Part shown: positions 58,785 to 64,000 of the stretch, in pieces | How the letters are laid out: each line of letters begins with the position of its first letter | Numbering within the stretch: position 1 is the first letter of the stretch | NCBI GenBank assembly: GCA_900541415.1 | Contig: UQJP01000023.1 | Location: 3,544 to 67,543 of the forward strand | Origin: an uncultured Odoribacter sp. | Lineage (GTDB): Bacteria; Bacteroidota; Bacteroidia; Bacteroidales; Marinifilaceae | DNA length: 64,000 nucleotides | Direction of reading: 5' to 3' | Made by a program: the position numbers and the translations under genes | The notes under the pieces: model-generated | Told to the model about the DNA's origin: nothing | Database searches by the model: none | What the model saw: only the letters and a program-made list of their open reading frames with translations

Positions 58785-60977
58785 TTACATGGCATAATTA
58801 ACATCGTTCACCGCACCTGTTAAAGCCTCTGCCACCATGTCTTTCACCCGGGACACATCGTCGTGCAGGTTGGTGGTGTGTATTTCGAATTTGTCGATCA
58901 GTTTTTCAATGGATACATTAATATTTTTAATTTTATCCGCCTTGTCTGCCGAGCCGCCGATGCTGGCAAGCCCGCCGGATATGGCACCGCCGCCCGCGTT
59001 CGTATTGCGGGAACTTGGGGAGCCATCCGGGGTGTTTAGGCTAAACGTATCCGGGGCAATGATGAACTCGTCATTTTTCTGTTTTCGCTCTGCCGCTTTC
59101 TCCTCCCGGAAACTGGCAATCCCGGCAGCCCGTCCTTCGGCAAAAGCTTTTCCGATTTTTTCCCCAAACTCTTTGTCGGCGTTGAGCAGGCGGTCGATGC
59201 CGTCGGAAAAATTGTAACTGTCGTCAAACCAGTTAGCAGGGTTGAACACTCCTTTTATTAAGTGCCATACTCCGCCCAGTACTTCGCCGATGTAATCCCC
59301 TATTCCAGAGAACACTGTTTTCACAGCGTCCCATATACCCCAGACGAAGCCCCGGAACGATTCCGATGTATCATAGAAATACTTCCCCAAGGCTATTAAC
59401 CCGGCAATTCCCGCCGCAATCCAGCCTACTATCGGAATACTTGTAATCGCTATCCCCACCGCTTTGCAAGCAGATACCGCCGACATTTTAAATGTTGTAA
59501 AAGCTCCCGAAGCAATCCCCGCAAATGTTGTTGAGGCGGTACCGCCCGTCACCAGCAAAAGCACCCACGCCCCGAGAGCCCGGACGCCAGAAAATAATCC
59601 TACCGTTGCAAAGCGGGTCAGTCCCACCGTCGCCCGGCTGATGTTTCCCAGGAATCCGATAGATTGAAATTGCCCGGTACGGAGGTCGTTGTTTAAAAAT
59701 ACCAATTGCAGGCTGGCGATCTTGGCAGGCCGGGCAATACCAGTTAGAACGCCCGAGAAATTGATCCCGCGTACCATAGTCATCACCTTGCCGACCCCCA
59801 TTAGAAGAGGAGTAAGCTGTGCAAGGGGCACAAGGGACCCCGTTATCGTTTCTACCCATATTCCAAAGTCCCCGGTTGCATTAAAGATGCTAATTTTTAA
59901 ATCGTCGAACCGGGCTTTAATCCGGGCTTGTTTTTCGTTGTAAGATTCCATGATAATGTCCGCCTGTTCGAACGCGGTGTTTGTCCCGCTAATCGCTTCG
60001 GTATATCGGTTTACTTCGTCGATTCCCTGCACCAGTGCCATAGCTGCATTACTGTTTTCCCGACCGAATAATTTGGTAAACAAAGCCGAATCGTTCAGCA
60101 CGGATTTTAAGGGGTTGAGCCGTTCGGACAGGGTTTTCGATTTATCGGTCAGGGCGGAAATATTGACACCTGCCGCCGTTAATTCTTCTTGCACATCTTT
60201 CGGCAGGAACCGCCCGGTGGCAAGTATCGCCATAACGTTTCGCAAGGCAACCCCTCCCTCGGCTCCTTTCTTGCCCGCTTTATCAAGCACCTGAATGGCG
60301 GCGTTCGTTTCGGCGAACGATACCCCGGCGGCTTTGGCTGCCATTCCGCTTTGTTCAAGTGCTAATTTTATCGTGGGTAATTCTGCGGAACCTTCCCTTC
60401 CTGCCGCCGCCATGATGTTCATCATCTCCGCCATTTTCCGGCTGGCTTCCATAGGATCGTCGAGCGATACCCCGTACTGGTTCATCGCCGTAGTGAGCAC
60501 TTCGGCGGCTGCCGTGGCATTGCCGCCCATGGTCTTGCTCAACACGGCAATGTTATCGCCCATGGCTTTTAAGGCGTCGGGTGTCTTGGCAAGTTCCGGG
60601 CTCAATTGCGAAAGCAGCAATTTATAGGATTCGACGGATTGCGCCGCCGATCCTCCGAACGTCTTGGCGGCATCCCGGGCATATTGTTCTATCCTTTTCA
60701 ATCCTTCACCCGTTTCCCCGGATACTGCCGAGAGATCGGCAAGCGAGGCATTGAGGGCAGCACCCGGGGCGAGGGTGTTATCTACCGTCCGGGAAAAACC
60801 TTCTACGAATTGGGTCAGGTTGTTAAAGGCTACGATTTTCCCCTCGAAAGAAGCCCAGATATTAGTGGCTTGTTTTAGCACGCCGTTCATAGACGTAACG
60901 CTCCCCGTCACCTGCTGGGCTACGGAAGCGGCATCGCCTGTGATGTTGAACTGATAATTGAATACATAATCACTCAT
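58785..60977 (-). CDS. Phage tail tape measure protein
   Basis: 730 aa, Ala-rich helical; TP901-type core (GKKGAEGGVALRN, KLFGREN); hydrophobic W/F-periodic region. Confidence 0.92.
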   Translation of the reverse strand: MSDYVFNYQFNITGDAASVAQQVTGSVTSMNGVLKQATNIWASFEGKIVAFNNLTQFVEGFSRTVDNTLAPGAALNASLADLSAVSGETGEGLKRIEQYARDAAKTFGGSAAQSVESYKLLLSQLSPELAKTPDALKAMGDNIAVLSKTMGGNATAAAEVLTTAMNQYGVSLDDPMEASRKMAEMMNIMAAAGREGSAELPTIKLALEQSGMAAKAAGVSFAETNAAIQVLDKAGKKGAEGGVALRNVMAILATGRFLPKDVQEELTAAGVNISALTDKSKTLSERLNPLKSVLNDSALFTKLFGRENSNAAMALVQGIDEVNRYTEAISGTNTAFEQADIIMESYNEKQARIKARFDDLKISIFNATGDFGIWVETITGSLVPLAQLTPLLMGVGKVMTMVRGINFSGVLTGIARPAKIASLQLVFLNNDLRTGQFQSIGFLGNISRATVGLTRFATVGLFSGVRALGAWVLLLVTGGTASTTFAGIASGAFTTFKMSAVSACKAVGIAITSIPIVGWIAAGIAGLIALGKYFYDTSESFRGFVWGIWDAVKTVFSGIGDYIGEVLGGVWHLIKGVFNPANWFDDSYNFSDGIDRLLNADKEFGEKIGKAFAEGRAAGIASFREEKAAERKQKNDEFIIAPDTFSLNTPDGSPSSRNTNAGGGAISGGLASIGGSADKADKIKNINVSIEKLIDKFEIHTTNLHDDVSRVKDMVAEALTGAVNDVNYAM

Positions 60978-61189
60978 TCATTTTCGGGGGTTGAAAAAAG
61001 TTTAGCTAAGATTTTGGCAAGGTTTGTCAGCCGGGAATTTTCCAGCCATACCGCCTCGCTGAACCGTTCCGCCCATTGTTCCTCGGTGAGCCGGTAGGGG
61101 TCGATGTGGAAATTGGCGCGGATCAAGGCACACCCTTTAGCAATATATTGCTCGTTGTCGTCGCTGGTGAGCTGGTGTGCCTCTACAAG
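60974..61189 (-). CDS. Tail assembly chaperone -1 frameshift extension (gpT-like)
   Basis: Not in ORF track. 71 stop-free codons (LVEAHQLTSDD...AKLFSTPENE*) in the -1 frame from slippery A AAA AAC; the stop overlaps the TMP ATG (ATGA). Confidence 0.8.
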   Translation of the reverse strand, partial: LVEAHQLTSDDNEQYIAKGCALIRANFHIDPYRLTEEQWAERFSEAVWLENSRLTNLAKILAKLFSTPENE

Positions 61190-61632
61190 TTTTTTAATTC
61201 ACCGTGAACGCGGTTGAATATTTGGGACAATTGCCGGATTGCAGTCATACGCACCACGATGTCGGTTTTCAGCACCGGATCGCCGCCGAGCCAGCAGTTA
61301 TCGAACATCACGGAAGAACCTTTCACTTCGTCGGTTTTGGCTACTTTGTTCACGGCGGACATGGTTTCCATATCCGGGCGGCGGAAATAGCCCACAAACA
61401 GCTCGCCGTCGTCTTCCACCTCGATCAGGTGCACTTTGCGGTGCTCTGCTTTCCATGCTTTGATCTGTTCCTCGGATACGCCACCGTTGCAGATTGTAAG
61501 TGTCTTGACTACTTTCCCGCTAACGGCATCCCGAAAGGTTCTTACTCCATTTTCATCGACGAAATCGGTAACTTGTGCCATTGGGTGCGCTAAAGAATCG
61601 TTAATTTTTTCTATCAGGTTTTGAGGTTCCAT
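61183..61632 (-). CDS. Tail assembly chaperone (gpG-like)
   Basis: Between tube and TMP; EEQIKAWK...GYFRRP...NCWLGGD; ends at the slippery LKNL* site. Confidence 0.8.
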   Translation of the reverse strand: MEPQNLIEKINDSLAHPMAQVTDFVDENGVRTFRDAVSGKVVKTLTICNGGVSEEQIKAWKAEHRKVHLIEVEDDGELFVGYFRRPDMETMSAVNKVAKTDEVKGSSVMFDNCWLGGDPVLKTDIVVRMTAIRQLSQIFNRVHGELKNL

Positions 61633-61689
61633 AATTTTGCTTTTAAAAAAGGCAGGCAGAGCCGCCCGCCTTCGGTTATACTTATGCTT

Positions 61690-62127
61690 TTATTTTTTAT
61701 GCCACTGAATATTCGAGGGTACAAGATCGAGCTCCACCAGTTGCCGGGTGTCGCCTTCCTTCCATGAACGGGTGTTCTTTTTGAACTGGCAATTCAAAAT
61801 CTTATCGGTTACGATTTGCCCGTCCTCCGGCAGGTACGACACCACGACCGGGAACGGGGCAAGGTCTTGCAATCGTCCCGTAGGACTTGCTTTTTGCCAC
61901 CCAAGCACTTCAATCATGGATACCGTTATTTTTGCGGTCGGGGTGATTCTGCCTTTCGAGCGCGACACAGGGAGCCGTCCGCTTCCGTAATGGTTCACGA
62001 CGTCCTGCTCGTCGGCATAATCAATCGCCGTAATTCCTACGGAAGGCACACCGCCGACCGTTGCCACAATGTCGCCCCATGCGTATTCTATCCCATTTAT
62101 CAGGGGTATATATTCCGTTGCTTTCAT
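61690..62127 (-). CDS. Tail tube protein
   Basis: 145 aa directly after the sheath; INGIEYAWGDI, YGSGRLPVSR, DKILNCQF. Confidence 0.75.
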   Translation of the reverse strand: MKATEYIPLINGIEYAWGDIVATVGGVPSVGITAIDYADEQDVVNHYGSGRLPVSRSKGRITPTAKITVSMIEVLGWQKASPTGRLQDLAPFPVVVSYLPEDGQIVTDKILNCQFKKNTRSWKEGDTRQLVELDLVPSNIQWHKK

Positions 62128-63305
62128 TCACTTATACTTTTTGAAAATCCAATTTTGCACCTAATCCGGCGAAGTACCCCGACGGGAACCTGTTTAATCA
62201 CAATTTCAAGGGTCGATGTCGATAAAACGTTCTGCTCCGGATCGATTTCTACCGACAAACCACTCAATTCACCAGCCTTTTGCATGTCTTCCAACGGCTT
62301 GCTGGCAATGGTAGTAAGATACTCCACTTCATAAGCTGCCAGTTGCCCGGTGTCGGAATCCACATACAGGGAGCCGCCCAATTTCGGGAGCAGGGCTTTG
62401 CGGATACCCCGCACCGCCTTGTCCATGGTGCGTACGTTCTCTATCATGGCGTAATCGCTGGTGGCGTCGTCCATGGTGTGGGAATCGTTAAAGTATGCGT
62501 CGGTGAATCCGTCGTAGGTGACAAAGAAAAGATAACGGGCGGTGTCGAGGCTTTCGATGATCGCCGTATCAAGGTCACGCAATAGAGTTCCGTCGCCAAA
62601 GGCGGGTAATTCGATTCCCGTGGGGAATTTTTCAACCCATGCGATGCTTTGGTGTACCGCAGCTTTGGACAAGATTCCTAAAGCGATGCCAATTCCCGAC
62701 ACCGATACTTTGTCTGCATTGGCTTCGGCAGTATAAAGGTCGGCGGCAATGCCTTGCCCGTCTTGCCCGATCACCACCGAAACGTTACATTTTCCGGCTC
62801 CGGCAAGGGTGGTTTCCAATTCGGTGACGGATGCCACCTTCGGGGCATATAGGATGCTCAACGGTCGGTCGGCTTCCTGCAATGTGGTCGCCATGCCTTG
62901 TAGGGCGGTAAGGTCTGCTGCCGCCAGTTCCTTGTGCCCGCACCACACCGCTACCTGCCGAAGGCTTCCCCCTGCATAATTTTGCAAGGTTTTGATTTCT
63001 GAAAACGTGTAGTTTTCTCCTGTGGGCTTAGCGAACAAGCCCACATACAGGCTTACACCGGGATTCAGGCGAAATATTTGGTTTAAATGGTAGTGCAGCA
63101 CCCGGATTTCCCACTCCGTTCCTTCGTCGCTGGTGATTCCGAGTTTTTCGGCGGTTTCAATGGATGAACACGCCTGTATCCGGTTGGTTTCGGAGAAACC
63201 GGAAGGCAGGGTGGTTACATAGGCAAGGAATCCGCTGATATGGTCTTGTCCGGCTATGGTCTTGGGGATATTCCCGTTTGTCCGGACGAATGTAATATCT
63301 TGCAT
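62124..63305 (-). CDS. Contractile tail sheath protein (DUF2586-like)
   Basis: SDYAMIENVRTMDKAVR and IDPEQNVL...VPVGVLRRI...IGF sheath-like C-terminus. Confidence 0.8.
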   Translation of the reverse strand: MQDITFVRTNGNIPKTIAGQDHISGFLAYVTTLPSGFSETNRIQACSSIETAEKLGITSDEGTEWEIRVLHYHLNQIFRLNPGVSLYVGLFAKPTGENYTFSEIKTLQNYAGGSLRQVAVWCGHKELAAADLTALQGMATTLQEADRPLSILYAPKVASVTELETTLAGAGKCNVSVVIGQDGQGIAADLYTAEANADKVSVSGIGIALGILSKAAVHQSIAWVEKFPTGIELPAFGDGTLLRDLDTAIIESLDTARYLFFVTYDGFTDAYFNDSHTMDDATSDYAMIENVRTMDKAVRGIRKALLPKLGGSLYVDSDTGQLAAYEVEYLTTIASKPLEDMQKAGELSGLSVEIDPEQNVLSTSTLEIVIKQVPVGVLRRIRCKIGFSKSISE

Positions 63306-63308
63306 CGT

Positions 63309-63584
63309 CTATCGTTTAACAGGTGTCACCACCCGGTTGGTTAAAGTTTTAGCATGGTTTTCCGCGGCATTCCGTTCATAGAATCCACGTCCGTCAGCCG
63401 TCATATATACCACGGACATTTGAGAGTTGTTTTTCAGGATCGCTTTTCCGACCTTCACCACGGCATCGGATGCCCGGGGCGTTTCCTCCGTAGCGGTTTG
63501 TTCGGGGACAACTACGGGTGTTGGGGTTTCGGGAGTTCCCGCATCTTTCTGCGATTTTCCCGTTTTATTTTTATCTTTTGCCAT
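63309..63584 (-). CDS. Phage hypothetical protein
   Basis: ATG at 63584 (MAKDKNK...); VYMTADGRGF...AENHAKTL; directly upstream of the sheath. Confidence 0.7.
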   Translation of the reverse strand: MAKDKNKTGKSQKDAGTPETPTPVVVPEQTATEETPRASDAVVKVGKAILKNNSQMSVVYMTADGRGFYERNAAENHAKTLTNRVVTPVKR

Positions 63585-63604
63585 ATTGCATATAATTTTT
63601 GTGT

Positions 63605-64000
63605 TTATAAATATCGTTTCAGCTTCCGCCAGCCCCAAACGATTCCTCCACAGATAGCCAGTATTCCCGCAAGGCATAACGCCTGTTGTATGATGCTTAG
63701 TTTCCGCTTTTCCGTTTCGGTCACGTTAAGGGTGGCGGAATCCTGCTGTTGGCTATTGTTCTGTTCCGTTCGGGAATCTGTTCGCCGTTGTTCTACCTGT
63801 TTATCGGTTACACGGTATTGATCGGTGGCATGGCTGGTGGCGTGCACCTGTCGTGTTGTACCTGCCTTGCGCCGTGTTTGGGTAATCTCCCGGCGGAGCG
63901 GTGGTGTTCCCGTTACGGTATCGGCGGGGAGCTGGGTGTCATATTCCCGTATGGTGGTTATCACTTCCTCGTCGTCTGCCTGTTCGGTGAACGATTCCTT
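63605..64000 (-). CDS. Phage protein with C-terminal TM anchor (partial; possible spanin-like)
   Basis: Frame open to the window edge (KESFTEQADDEEVITTIREYDT...); ends with a hydrophobic helix plus WRKLKRYL. Confidence 0.6.
   Translation of the reverse strand, partial: KESFTEQADDEEVITTIREYDTQLPADTVTGTPPLRREITQTRRKAGTTRQVHATSHATDQYRVTDKQVEQRRTDSRTEQNNSQQQDSATLNVTETEKRKLSIIQQALCLAGILAICGGIVWGWRKLKRYL

Larger units (their letters stand above)
49666..64000 (-). mobile_element. Mu-like (transposable) contractile-tailed prophage; one end plus tail operon, continues beyond window
   Basis: Sheath-tube-chaperone-TMP-baseplate-fibre-methylase gene order; TG terminus with periodic repeats; insertion within a gene. 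Confidence 0.85.

Noticed and set aside
53870..63305. Contractile tail cluster as an eCIS, tailocin or T6SS
   Set aside because: Long tape measure gene, frameshifted chaperone, DNA methylase and a transposon-like end inside a host gene all point to a prophage. Head genes are presumably beyond the window and could not be verified.
63585..63677. N-terminal extension of the 122-aa ORF 63309..63677
   Set aside because: Overlaps the upstream gene's TM-coding end; ATG at 63584 after an A-rich leader is the more plausible start.

Overview
Bacteroidales chromosomal window. Bacteroidetes-type TAnnTTTG promoters, rprXY and an exbB-exbD-exbD cluster support this; an Odoribacteraceae-like host is only a guess. 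Positions ~600-49,050 are mostly housekeeping genes (ansA, tatD, gdhA, GH20, dprA, aroB/aroA, pgk, Trk/Ktr, ruvB, rprXY, rpiB, maeB, mutL, two rhomboids, PSP1/RicT, holB, aspS, tyrS) plus tRNA-Arg(CCG) and tRNA-Ala(GGC). Accessory content: (i) the edge of an integrative element (5' end of a tyrosine integrase) at the tRNA-Arg 3' end; (ii) a PARIS-like ABC-ATPase + DUF4435/TOPRIM pair; (iii) a divergent MenA/UbiA prenyltransferase + radical SAM pair of unknown function; (iv) an AT-rich orphan beside tRNA-Ala; (v) from 49,666 to the window end, a Mu-like contractile-tailed prophage inserted inside tonB. The prophage shows a TG terminus with 21-22-bp-periodic end repeats, a terminal adenine methyltransferase, a mosaic tail fibre and a -1 frameshifted tail chaperone. 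The most striking unannotated element is a ~130-nt RNA-like structure (50,699-50,843) with its own promoter, antisense to the methyltransferase leader. It can fold either as a long hairpin or as a three-way junction whose loops are complementary to its own 5' part, a layout reminiscent of P1 C4 / P4 CI RNAs. All assignments come from reading motifs by eye; no database searches were run.
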